Shown: positions 25,235 to 37,354 of the stretch, piece by piece
Numbering within the stretch: the stretch's first letter is position 1
Layout of the letters: every line of letters begins with the position of its first letter
NCBI RefSeq assembly: GCF_006345805.1
Contig: NC_043014.1
Location: 24,986,001 to 25,050,000, forward strand
Direction of reading: 5' to 3'
Origin: Octopus sinensis
Lineage: Eukaryota
Length of the DNA stretch: 64,000 nucleotides
Translations under genes and position numbers: made by a program
The notes under the pieces: generated by a model
Told to the model about the DNA's origin: nothing
Database searches by the model: none
Seen by the model: the letters and a program-made list of their open reading frames with translations, nothing else

Positions 25235-25376
25235 TATACAGATACATTCACAATCCTGCATATATACAAACATATATATCATCATCATCATCACGTTAAA
25301 CAATGATGATGATGATGATGATGATGATGATATATATGTTTGTATATATGCAGGATTGTGAATGTATGTCTGTATA
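25235..25376. repeat. Imperfect palindrome centred on an RTE-tail remnant
   Basis: GATACATTCACAATCCTGCATATATACAAACATATATAT(CAT)n is inverted after CGTTAAACAA-(TGA)n. Confidence 0.85.
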
Positions 25377-25469
25377 TATATACATATAAATGTCTGAATA
25401 TATATGCATTATGTTATGTGTATGCATGTAAGCACCTATATGTATATGAGGATGAGGTTGCATACATAT

Positions 25470-25502
<33 letters not shown>

Positions 25503-25503
25503 T

Positions 25504-26670
25504 ACTAGCATTAAAGACCCGTCGTTGCCGGGTCATAGTGCTAGTGCATGTATATATGTGTATATATATGTGTACATATTACATGTACATCTATATATAT
25601 ATACATCTACACATAAAATACAAAATACAAAGTTATATCTTGATATCGCTAGTGATAACAACACTCAAAATATATAACAGACTGGAATTGTTAGCCCGTC
25701 TCTTGTAATTTCGATCAATTGTATCGTGTCCTCCTTTTTGTATAGAAGTGTGGCTACAATCCAGCCTACCTCTACTTCTGGGGGGGGGGGGGGTTAAATT
25801 TTTTTCCGGCACGTCCTATCTACTCCTCATATAAAGGTAAAAATAAAATATTTCCACTTTGCAAGTTCGAGTCGAGTACTCCCTTGCACACTCCGTTGAC
25901 TCGAACCTTGCTTCTATTGTGGCAAATTTACCGCCTCTGATTAGATACCTTTCATAGTCGCACCAAGACACTTTTCGAAGGTGCTTTCCTCCATGTGTTC
26001 AAATCTTCTTTTTTCTCTACATTGTATACTTTATAGACAATAGTCTTTTCTTTAATTTAATTTTTTATTATCCATCTGGACTATTCCATTTCTGCACACT
26101 AATTTTATTTTTAATTTATTCCCATTCATGTGAAACCACTTATTCAAGTTCAAGTCATTGATGCAATTTTATACCAATTGCTATTTTTACTTTTGATATG
26201 TTACGATTATATTATACTTTAGTTTGATTTTAATTATTACTTACTACATATAATTCAATTGTTATTATTATTTTTACTGTTAAAGTGAAAGTATCTGACA
26301 TAAAATAGAGAAACGTTTTTGTTTCACTTTTAACACGTAATACTGAAATAGTGGAGAAGATATGATGTTGCTATGGGCTCGATCTAGACAAGAAGTTAAA
26401 CATTTTTTTTGCCCATGAAACTATGTGGACCCTAAGTAAGGCATGTGTAAAATTTGAATGGAATTGGTTGTGTAGTATTCAAGTTTTAGAGAATCATAGT
26501 GGAGAAGATATAATATTGCTGTGGGCTCGCCCTAGGCAAAAGGTTGCCGATGACACTCCCCGGACCCTAAGTAAGGCATGTGTAAAGTTTTAATGAAATT
26601 GGTTGTGTAGTTCTCAAGTTTTAGGGAAACACACAGACAGACAGACACACATTCTCAGTTTTATATATAT
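25504..26670 (+). mobile_element. Non-autonomous Helitron/Helentron-type (HINE/DINE-1-like) element
   Basis: Starts ACTAG plus hairpin GACCCG-TCGTTGC-CGGGTC. Two ~148-bp internal units (26348-26495, 26496-26628). Ends with (GACA)n-CATTCTCAGTTTTATATATAT. Confidence 0.7.
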
Positions 26671-26674
26671 AATA

Positions 26675-28701
26675 TATGGAATAGAATGGGAACAAAATTT
26701 ATTCCTATTAGAAGCATTGATATGAAAAATGCAAATCCTAATTTTCAGATGAAAAAGTTTTGTACACTACATTTTGTACACTACATTTTGATTGGTTTGA
26801 TTTCTAGTTCTCATCAGATGATTAATTTCTGGATTTGTGGTACAAATCCAGTTTTGTACTATGTACATATTCAGGAATAAGACAATGATAAGCAGGTAAC
26901 AAACTGATCAAAACATTGCATAAATGTAAATACATTATCCATACAACTTTAAAATAAGGTGATAAAATCAAAATAAGCAACAGAATATCTAGAAGTGATG
27001 CAGTACGACCGATTTAAGTGGCTCAATTTAATTGAACAATGCAATCATTACATCAATTTAAATGCAGGGCTTCCTCAGCTGCATAAATAAATAAATAGAA
27101 TTTTAAAAATCAGTTGGTCACATTTGTATAATTTTTACTTAAATCCTCTAAGAGGGTAAGAAGACAGACAAAGTCCATGCTGTTGTCACTTCAGCTTAGA
27201 CAACAGGAAAAAACCTGTTTAGGTTATATATATATATATATACACATATATACACGATGAGCTTCTTTCAGTTTCTGTCTACCAAATCCACTCACAAGGC
27301 TTTGGTTGGCCCGAGGCTATAGGAGAAAACACTTACCCATGCATTGGGACTGAACCAGGAACCATGTGGTTGATAAGCAAGCTACTTACCACAAAGCCAT
27401 TCCCGCGCATATATTTATTATAATCTAAGAGGTATATTATAAGTTAAGTTCCCAGTGCTATTATATACAAGCTAATATAAATTTCTAGGGGTACAAAATT
27501 AGGTTTACTTACATAAAGTCTATTATAAAAATAATAATATGATCAGTAGAATAGAACACCATAGAAAGGAATAAATAGTTTAATCACTAAAACCATGATG
27601 AAGCATATATACCTTATTATCAACAATAGGAAGGAAGATTATATAGAATTTGTTTAATAATTCTATCATTATACTTAATTATTTACTTATTAGGTGGTAT
27701 CTATAAAGACTGATCACTGGTATTTACTAAAGGAATATTGGGGTGATAGAACATGCTAACTATATATTTATTATAATCTAAGAGGTATAATATAAGTTGT
27801 AAAGTTTCCAGTGCTAATACATACATGATAATATAGTTTCCTAGGGGTACAAAATAGGAGGACTACTTACATAAAGGCCTTTATAAAAATAATAATATGA
27901 TCAGAAGGGTGGAACACTATAGAAAGGAATAAATAGTTTAATTACTAAAACCATGATGAAGTTAGACTAACTAGGTAGGAATATTCATAGAATAGTATAC
28001 TAACTTACTATACTATATAGCTTATACTATATGTAATGTACTTTAATTCTTCATGTAACTGAATATCACCTGATTTATATATATATAATCAAAATAAGCA
28101 ACAAGGATATCCAGAGGTAATGCAGTACGATCGTTTCATGTGACTCCATTTAATTAAACAATGCAAACATCACATCAATTTAAAATGTAGAGCAATTTTC
28201 AGCTGCACAAAAATATAGAATTTAATTAAATTCGAAGGACTCATTAGCATAATTTTATCCAAAATCTCCAAAAGGATTAGGAGATAGACAAAGAACATGT
28301 TTTACCAACAACATCACAGTTGTAACTGAAATTTAAAAAAAAGAAGGCACTGCTTTTCACTGATTATTTGTTATTTAGATTTAATTATGGGGGGGGGGCA
28401 GTTTTAATTTATAGGCTAATTTATCAAATCTGAGAGAAGACAGAGGGTAGTATCATTTTGGGGGTAGGGCAAAGTAGATAGACAATTTAAGTGGCATAGT
28501 CATAAATCAAGATTTATTTGAAGCAAAGCCATTTGGCTCAGTAAGAAGATATTTCAAACAAGATGTTGGCTGCTATTAAGTAGACCAATGCTAATGGGAC
28601 AGGGGAAGTCTTATCATACAGTAGTACATTTACCTACTATAAAACAATGTTGTTATTTGTATATATACAGATAAATTTTAGAGTTAATCTAAAGAATACT
28701 A
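26675..28701 (+). repeat. Left arm of the ~2 kb inverted duplication
   Basis: Reverse complement of 31946-33992 apart from a few substitutions, 1-bp indels and (TA)n length. Confidence 0.95.
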
Positions 28702-29299
28702 TGTGGATATGTGTACATACATATATGTTTGTGTGTGTGTGTGTATGTGCATGTACATATATATGTTTGTGTGAGTGTGTATGTACATGAACACAAGAGG
28801 TTTATGTCAATGCATTGTGAGAATATGCTTGCGTTTATTTTATCTTTTTCTTTTTTTTCTTTTCCTACCTGTTAGAGTAACTTACCTTTTATTCAACAGT
28901 TATTCATAGTGTCTGTTGCCATTAATAGCTGATGAGAATGTATTGTAGTTCTTCGCTCCGGCCTTCAAAACTCCGAGTACTATAAAGACAACCTTTTACT
29001 GTTTCTTTTATTGTGGGCAGGTATATAGTTGTATGTGTGGGTGTGTGGATGTGCTGATATGGTTTTGTATGCATGTCTGTATTGATGCGAGAATGCGTAT
29101 CAGTACACAGGTGCACAAACACATATATGAGCGAACATGTGTGCATGCACACCCACATACATGCATACACATGTACACACACACACATGCAAGTGCGTGT
29201 GGATACATGAGTATATATGCACATAACAAGCATTGGGGATTAGTAAGCATTGGGAATTGGTAAGCATTGGAGATTGGTAAGCATTGGGAACTGGTAATT

Positions 29300-30790
29300 T
29301 GCAGTCTTGCTCATGGGGTTGGTTGCTGACAGTGATCTTGGTGCAGAGTAGCAGCTAAGGTGGTATATCTGGGTAGTGGGCAGTCAGAAGCTTGAAATTA
29401 GCCTGAAGGGCATACATCTAGTGACAGCAATAAGATAAATTGTATTTCTTGTTGATGGATACTGTGGGTTGGAGGATATGCAGTTTTTTGCAGAGGCAGA
29501 GCTGGCAGCTGAGGGTGCCAAGTGAATATAGTGGCACTCTGCCAACAATAGTCCACTTGATGCTGGATGTTTCATCTTAGAGGTCATGGAGTCTCCAGAG
29601 AAAATGAGATAGGGAAGTAGAATTTTCTCTGTCCCTGGATCTGAATGAGTTGCATATGCTCGGAGTATCTTCCCTTGAAGTCATTGACTGTAATACCCGT
29701 ATAGTGCCTGGTAATGCCATTGGATGGTGTAAAGATGGCCCTGTATACTACGACACTTGAGAGGCAGGATCCATCTAAAGGACTCATGGTGGGGTTTCAG
29801 CAGCTGCAGGTTGGGGCGATGTTGTCTAAGCATAAGTAGTTCATCTTGACATTATGGAGGTTGAAGTATTTGTAACATTTGTGACCTCTGGGGGAGTGTT
29901 CCTTAATTAATGATAGGAAACTTCTAGCTACATTGGTGGAAACTTCTAGGTTAAAAAGGGGGTTATACTATATAATTATCCTTTTGGGGTGAGGAGAGGG
30001 TGTTTGGGGGTTGTCCACATAAGTGAGCTTCTCAGTAAACTCGCTCTTAGCCAAAGCATCGTTGTAGTGTGGGGTGGCCCTGTTAAAGATATTTCTATTG
30101 GCCGAGAGATTAGATAGTCATTTGCTTATGCCTGAAACCAGTTTGTATGGCTTGAGATAGCCAAGCCATCATCCCTAAAGAGGGCCAACCTATGTGGATG
30201 GGTATATCTCTCGTGGGTATCCAAGATGTATAACCTGACAAGGTCGGCAATTTCAGCCCTGTCAAAGTTCCCCATAGGAACATCAAACAATGGATTGCCT
30301 TCTTTCTTCACGCGAAAGGAATCATCATGGACCAGAATTGACTTTCAGGCATTCATGATAATTCTGATATCAAGATCACTAATGCTGGGATATAGCGCAG
30401 CAAAATTTAGGGCCTTCTGAAATAGGTGCTTAGATATGGAAGGGTAGAAGTCGACAATGTCGGACTGGGTAAATCTGCAGACTGATTTATTCTCAGTACC
30501 ACAGAATCAATCAATCAAGGCTGCACTGGAGTTCCATTGAGTCAACCTTATAGACCTTCTGATATCAGAGTTGATAGTATCGAGAATACATTTGCTAATG
30601 ATACCTATCTCACCCTTAGACGGGTTGATCAGCCTGCATTTGGGATTGGAGAGGAAGTTGGGCTTATGGTTTAGTGTCTTTCAGAGCAAAATCTTTGAAG
30701 CCTGTTCACATGCTTTACTGTCTCTGATTATCACTCATTCCCATTCTGCTTGTTGCTTTACTCTTCTTTCCCCCAAGCATTACCGACAGG
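29300..30790 (-). mobile_element. Penelope-like element, internally deleted, in the spacer of the inverted repeat
   Basis: LFDVPMGNFDRAEIADLV...LFRDDGLAIS, and VVYRAIFTPSNGITRHYTGITVNDFKGRYSEH. Confidence 0.88.
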
Positions 30791-30902
30791 ACATACATTG
30801 CATTTTATTATATTTAAGACACACACATACACACACACTCGTGTGTGTGTGTGTGTATATATATGTGTGTGTGTGTTTATGTATATATATATGTATGTGT
30901 GT

Positions 30903-31420
30903 GTCATCATCATTATCATTTGATGTCCGCCTTCCAAGCTGGCATAAGTTGGATAGTTTGACTAAAGACTGACAAGCCAGGAGGCTGCACCAGGCCCCAA
31001 TCTGATCAGGCAAGGTTTCTACTGCTGGATGCCCTTCCTAATGCCAACCACTCCAAGAATGTAATGGGTGCTTTTTACGTGCCACCAGCATTGGGGCCAG
31101 CCAAGTGGTACTGGCATCGACCATGCTTGAATGGTGCTTTTTATGTGCCACTGGCATGAGTGCCAGTCAGACAGTACTGGCATCAGCCACGACAGTGATT
31201 TTACTTGACTCAATAGGTCTTCTCAAGCACAGCACATTGCCTGATGATTGAAGGGAACACTTAAATGGGCTGATTATGTGACACTGGCATAGGCCATAGC
31301 TATGATTTCACTTAGCTTGCTAGGTCTTCTCAAGCACAGCATATCTTCAACGGTCTCGGTCACTAGCCATTGCTTCAGTGAGGCCCAACGTTCAAAAGTC
31401 ATGTTTTACCACCTCATTCC
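30903..31420 (-). mobile_element. Old RTE 3' UTR copy
   Basis: (CAT)n tail and CTGGATGCCCTTCCTAATGCCAACCACTC block shared with the other copies. Confidence 0.8.
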
Positions 31421-31472
31421 AGGTCTTCCTTGGTGTGTATATATATCTCAGGTCTTTCTTGTGTGTGTGTAT

Positions 31473-31514
<42 letters not shown>

Positions 31515-31945
31515 TCAGCAAATCATATATCCAAAAGAGAAGCACACTCTAAGTTATAGAGAAGTAATTAGATAAAGATAGCTACGGCCAGTCTATTGGG
31601 TTACCCTTAGATCGCTATCCATCATTAATGTCACTGGCTTGTAGGTCCAGGACTTCAGTAGGCATCTCCTGAAGTATAAGCAGAGTTTGAGTGCTGCTAC
31701 TCTTGAATTTAAGGTGTTCCCTGGGTCGAGGGAGTTTTTTTAATATTCTCACTCGTTCAGCTATGCAACTGAAAATTTACCTCAATTTTCCTTTATTAAT
31801 ACCAGTAAATACCAATTAATCAATAATTATAAATATATGTTAAGTTAGTATTTAAATATATAAATATTGAACTATTTCTATATTTTCTGTCCCTCTATTG
31901 TGTAAAATTTTGATATATACTGAAAGTATTCATAAATATTCTTCT

Positions 31946-33992
31946 TAGTATTCTTTAGATTAACTCTAAAATTTATCTGTATATATACAAATAACAACAT
32001 TGTTTTATAGTAGGTAAATGTACTACTGTATGATAAGACTTCCCCTGTCCCATTAGCATTGGTCTACTTAATAGCAGCCAACATCTTGTTTGAAATATCT
32101 TCTTACTGAGCCAAATGGCTTTGCTTCAAATAAATCTTGATTTATGACTATGCCACTTAAATTGTCTATCTACTTTGCCCTACCCCCAAAATGATACTAC
32201 CCTCTGTCTTCTCTCAGATTTGATAAATTAGCCTATAAATTAAAACTGCCCCCCCCCCCATAATTAAATCTAAATAACAAATAATCAGTGAAAAGCCTGC
32301 CTTCTTTTTTTTAAATTTCAGTTACAACTGTGATGTTGTTGGTAAAACATGTTCTTTGTCTATCTCCTAATCCTTTGGAGATTTTGGATAAAATTATGCT
32401 AATGAGTCCTTCGAATTTAATTAAATTCTATATTTTTGTGCAGCTGAAAATTGCTCTACATTTTAAATTGATGTGATGTTTGCATTGTTTAATTAAATGG
32501 AGTCACATGAAACGATCGTACTGCATTACCTCTGGATATCCTTGTTGCTTATTTTGATTATATATATATAAATCAGGTGATATTCAGTTACATGAAGAAT
32601 TAAAGTACATTACATATAGTATAAGCTATATAGTATAGTAAGTTAGTATACTATTCTATGAATATTCCTACCTAGTTAGTCTAACTTCATCATGGTTTTA
32701 GTAATTAAACTATTTATTCCTTTCTATAGTGTTCCACCCTTCTGATCATATTATTATTTTTATAAAGGCCTTTATGTAAGTAGTCCTCCTATTTTGTACC
32801 CCTAGGAAACTATATTATCATGTATGTATTAGCACTGGAAACTTTACAACTTATATATACCTCTTAGATTATAATAAATATATAGTTAGCATGTTCTATC
32901 ACCCCAATATTCCTTTAGTAAATACCAGTGATCAGTCTTTATAGATACCACCTAATAAGTAAATAATTAAGTATAATGATAGAATATTAAACAAAATTCT
33001 ATATAATCTCCCTTCCTATTGTTGATAATAAGGTATATATGCTTCATCATGGTTTTAGTGATTAAACTATTTATTCCTTTCTATGGTGTTCTATTCTACT
33101 GATCATATTAATATTTTTATAATAGACTTTATGTAAGTAAACCTAATTTTGTACCCCTAGAAATTTATATTAGCTTGTATATAATAGCACTGGGAACTTA
33201 ACTTATAATATACCTCTTAGATTATAATAAATATATGCGCGGGAATGGCTTTGTGGTAAGTAGCTTGCTTACCAACCACATGGTTCCTGGTTCAGTCCCA
33301 ATGCATGGGTAAGTGTTTTCTCCTATAGCCTCGGGCCAACCAAAGCCTTGTGAGTGGATTTGGTAGACAGAAACTGAAAGAAGCTCATCGTGTATATATG
33401 TAATATATATATATATATATATAATATATATATATATATATAACCTAAACAGGTTTTTTCCTGTTGTCTAAGCTGAAGTGACAACAGCATGGACTTTGTC
33501 TGTCTTCTTACCCTCTTAGAGGATTTAAGTAAAAATTATACAAATGTGACCAACTGATTTTTAAAATTCTATTTATTTATTTATGCAGCTGAGGAAGCCC
33601 TGCATTTAAATTGATGTAATGATTGCATTGTTCAATTAAATTGAGCCACTTAAATCGGTCGTACTGCATCACTTCTAGATATTCTGTTGCTTATTTTGAT
33701 TTTATCACCTTATTTTAAAGTTGTATGGATAATGTATTTACATTTATGCAATGTTTTGATCAGTTTGTTACCTGCTTATCATTGTCTTATTCCTGAATAT
33801 GTACATAGTACAAAACTGGATTTGTACCACAAATCCAGAAATTAATCATCTGATGAGAACTAGAAATCAAACCAATCAAAATGTAGTGTACAAAATGTAG
33901 TGTACAAAACTTTTTCATCTGAAAATTAGGATTTGCATTTTTCATATCAATGCTTCTAATAGGAATAAATTTTGTTCCCATTCTATTCCATA
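31946..33992 (-). repeat. Right arm of the ~2 kb inverted duplication (two hammerhead-motif repeats and a SINE inside)
   Basis: See left arm. Hammerhead-like motifs at 32438-32526 and 33583-33669; SINE at ~33240-33391. Confidence 0.95.
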
Positions 33993-34939
33993 GTGTTTAA
34001 TAGCTTGACTTCCCACCTTATTCTGTCTTTCCTTAATATAACATTCCATCATTTCTTGTATACTGGAAGCTTGAACTTGGACGTATCCCCCAAGGTTTTG
34101 TGAATACATTTGTGTGTGGCAAACTGCAGTGAAGTAGACGTTTTGAATATTTCCACAATGTTTCTCTCTGGACTCTGTAATGTTTAATAGATAAGACAGA
34201 TGTCAGATGAAGTGAAACACATATAACTGTTTTTATATAAACCTGAAACTATTTCTGGTTCTACAAGCCTTTCATTTTTAAAGTGTTCATATTTCAATTT
34301 TAACAAAAACCTTCCATCATAATTTTATTTAAGAACCTTTCTGTGAAGTTATGTTCCAAATACCATTTTAATAATAATGAAGTTATTTATCCCTCCAAAT
34401 TCTTGATTATTTTCAAAATTAATTGAAATCTATAGGCAGTGTATTCTACTAGAGGCACGATCATAAAAGAGTTAAATGTTCTAGTCAGACAGTAAAGTCC
34501 TTTCGGCAACTATGAACTTAAAATAGCATACCCATTTGTATATTTCACATTTTTTTTATAAGGACTCTGACTTTGAAAAATGAAAATTCAAAATTTAAAT
34601 AATTATTTTCACTTACATGTTACATCTATTTTTATTTACCATGTATGTGAGCGTATAATTTTTTCCTTTTGCTATGTATTTTTTTAATGTTCCTTTGACC
34701 ACTAATGTTTATATGAGGGTTGTGGATGAAGTAATTAAAACAAACTGGAAAACATTTTTGTGCCTCTTTGAGGAAGAAACAAAACTTCTAGATGAATTAA
34801 CCATGTGTAGGTTTGCGAATTATTTTTTATTTCTTCAGTAAATTTGGTTTACAGTTTAGCTTGTGTTCATAAAATATAGCAATATTTAACTATCAAAAAT
34901 TTTTGTGATCAATTTTTGCCCAAATTCTTAATGCTACTT

Positions 34940-34968
34940 TTTTCTTTTTTATTTAATTTCTTCTACAG
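34940..34968 (+). promoter_or_regulatory. Strong splice acceptor upstream of the long ORF
   Basis: CTTAAT branch-like motif, long polypyrimidine tract, TTCTTCTACAG|G with AG at 34967-34968. Confidence 0.7.
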
Positions 34969-35053
34969 GCTATTGAAGCTGTTATTGAATTGAAGTCATT
35001 TACCAGAGTATGATTGGAGCTATATTTGTTGCCATGTCCACTGCATTTATGTA

Positions 35054-36931
35054 ATGAGCAATGCTCCTTCCAAGGGTATGGCCGAGGGGACATTAAAATC
35101 TGTAGGAGATGCTGAATTTGCTACCTCACCAAATGGCCATACAACTGAGTGCAGTGATACTGAAATGGAGTATAAAAGAAACTGCGTGGACCAGAAAGAT
35201 GCACCAAGGAAATCACAGTCTTACAATAGATTGGGCAGCCAGTGTTACAGTAAGTTACCACTGCCATACCAAAGTGCTCTTAGTGATAATAAAACATTCA
35301 AAGACTCTATTAACCCCGATGAGGTGAATGAAGCTAACACTCTCAGTTCACCTAGCTTTAATTCTAAAGCAAATCCACAGCTATCTTACCATTTGGACTC
35401 ACCACTAAGATCTTGTCAAAAACAAAGTGGTTCAAGATTTCTCCGTTGTGAACTTTGTAATAAACTGTTCTCAGAAGATGATGCTAAGAATGAAGATGCA
35501 CACATTTCCAAAAAAAAAATTACTGTTTGTCAGGTTTGCAACCAGAAATATTCAGTGCTAGAAGACATTGCTGACAAGAAACCTCCTCCAAAAGAGATTC
35601 TTGATAACTCATTGCTCCCTACAACTTACCCACCAAAATTAGTGTATGATAATTGTAATGACATACCCTCCAAAAATATTAAACAAATCAAAAATGGTTC
35701 CCAAATAGTAGTGTCTGACACTAACACAAAAACTGAACATCTATTAAAAAATGTAAAACAGGAGCCTGTCTCTGAAAATGATGGTAATTTATCCACTGGT
35801 ATAAAACTACCACTTAAACATAGTTTTCAATCATCTTGTTCCTTTTTTTTGACCACTAATTTAAAACCATGTATCAAACGTAATCAAGAAGTGAAAAACA
35901 AGAAGAAAGACTCTGTTCCCAGTGAAAACACAAATAAAAAAGCTAGACTTGGAGATTCAGATCTTGCTAAAAATGTATCTGCAGATCAGGAGCAACTAGT
36001 TACTGTTGATGTAAGTAAAAATACTGTTGCTTGTTCACCTGTGTTACCAAAAGTGTATGGCACTGAGGGCTACAGTCAAAATTATTTTAAATTGGAGCCA
36101 CCAAATGTTTCTGATTGTGCAAAGGAAGCTAAGAAAACAGTTCATATAAAATCAAAAAGCACAAACGAAACTGATTTCACATTCAAGCTTCCTTCAGTTA
36201 CTTCAACTTATTCAACTGGTAAAAATGTTAATAAAAGTAAAAGTGATCCTACCTCTAATACTTATACATTTGAAGGAAGTATGATGTGGAATCCTGTGAC
36301 CAATATCCCTACAACACAGGAGCAACAGAAATCTGACAAGAAAGACGGGATCTCAGAAACTAACTCCTGCCCAAAAAGTGAGAGAAAAGATGATGAAAGT
36401 ACCTATAGCTGTGAAGGGAGTCTCTTTATTAAACCAGTCCTTCCAAATGAATTTGCTTTTGAAGGTACATTATACATCAAACCTGATTCACCTCATTTTC
36501 TTCAGACCACTGTCGACTCATCTCCTGCCACATCTACTGCTAGTCCATCTAATTTAACAAATAAAATAGTTAACATCCAATCAGTATTCACTAGTTCAGG
36601 TCAAGTTATCAGCAGTGTCACAGTTCCTGCAACTGATCAAAGCAGAACAATCCCCAACAATCAAAGAATGCCTACAAATGTATGCAGAACCTATGCCAGA
36701 ACAACAACCACCAACAGCACTGTAGTCCCTAGAATGACAAGCAGCATCCCCACATCAATGCCAAAGGTACAGAAAATTATATCAGAAGAGAAGAAAGATC
36801 TGCCAGTTAGAAAACAAGCTCTAAATTCAGGAAGTGGAGGTGGACATACTGACTTCAGTGTTAAATCCATTCTCAGTACCCCTGATCGTAGAGGAACAGT
36901 GGGTAATTCTGGGATGCCTCAGGAACAGTAA
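35054..36931 (+). CDS. Uncharacterised 625-aa protein (or large exon); Ser/Thr/Lys-rich with putative nuclear-regulator motifs
   Basis: 1878 nt without stops in an AT-rich context; in-frame TGA upstream at 34991. Motifs: CxxC-x23-CxxC, VKQE and FKLE SUMO consensus sites, basic clusters, eh1-like FSVKSIL. The 3' end could instead splice out (donor-like sites at 36767 and 36903). Confidence 0.85.
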   Translation: MSNAPSKGMAEGTLKSVGDAEFATSPNGHTTECSDTEMEYKRNCVDQKDAPRKSQSYNRLGSQCYSKLPLPYQSALSDNKTFKDSINPDEVNEANTLSSPSFNSKANPQLSYHLDSPLRSCQKQSGSRFLRCELCNKLFSEDDAKNEDAHISKKKITVCQVCNQKYSVLEDIADKKPPPKEILDNSLLPTTYPPKLVYDNCNDIPSKNIKQIKNGSQIVVSDTNTKTEHLLKNVKQEPVSENDGNLSTGIKLPLKHSFQSSCSFFLTTNLKPCIKRNQEVKNKKKDSVPSENTNKKARLGDSDLAKNVSADQEQLVTVDVSKNTVACSPVLPKVYGTEGYSQNYFKLEPPNVSDCAKEAKKTVHIKSKSTNETDFTFKLPSVTSTYSTGKNVNKSKSDPTSNTYTFEGSMMWNPVTNIPTTQEQQKSDKKDGISETNSCPKSERKDDESTYSCEGSLFIKPVLPNEFAFEGTLYIKPDSPHFLQTTVDSSPATSTASPSNLTNKIVNIQSVFTSSGQVISSVTVPATDQSRTIPNNQRMPTNVCRTYARTTTTNSTVVPRMTSSIPTSMPKVQKIISEEKKDLPVRKQALNSGSGGGHTDFSVKSILSTPDRRGTVGNSGMPQEQ

Positions 36932-37322
36932 ATATGAGCAGTGCTTATTGTGGCCTACTCACTTCAAATGGTTCATCTGTATATTAAGTTCTAGTTTAGG
37001 CAGGATATTTAAGATGGTATTTATATAGAAGGTCTTTCATAACTAATCCATCATTTCACTGTTCATTCTCCAACTGTGTCTCTTATCTTGCCTCAATTTT
37101 TTCCTCTTCCTATTTCAATATTTTTTGCCTCTTCCTCTCCAATGCCTTCCTTTTTCAACTTGAAACCATTATGTTAGTCAAGTTGATGCAATGATCCCAA
37201 ATTTATTTGATTCATGTTCTAATGTCATTCCATAAGGAGCTGGTTCAAAATTGATATTTTACTCTCAATTTCATATGTATCATTTGTTTTACAATCATAT
37301 ATACATATATATATACATATAC

Positions 37323-37354
<32 letters not shown>

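Noticed and set aside
25780-25793. G14 run as a G-quadruplex
   Set aside because: One base short of a canonical three-tier motif, inside a mobile element, and homopolymer length is unreliable.
26770-26830. CTGATGA-containing segments on the minus strand here, at 7160-7202 and at 1630-1690
   Set aside because: The 3' core (GAAA...NUH) is absent or too decayed to call a ribozyme.
26686-26880. Identical 64-aa ORFs at 26686 (+) and 33787 (-)
   Set aside because: The identity comes from the inverted duplication; there is no coding signal or recognisable domain.
34713-34993. 42-codon upstream ORF, and the idea that editing TGA 34991 to TGG fuses it to the long ORF
   Set aside because: The acceptor would be a weak GAG, the 5' G neighbour is disfavoured for ADAR, and nothing in the sequence supports it.
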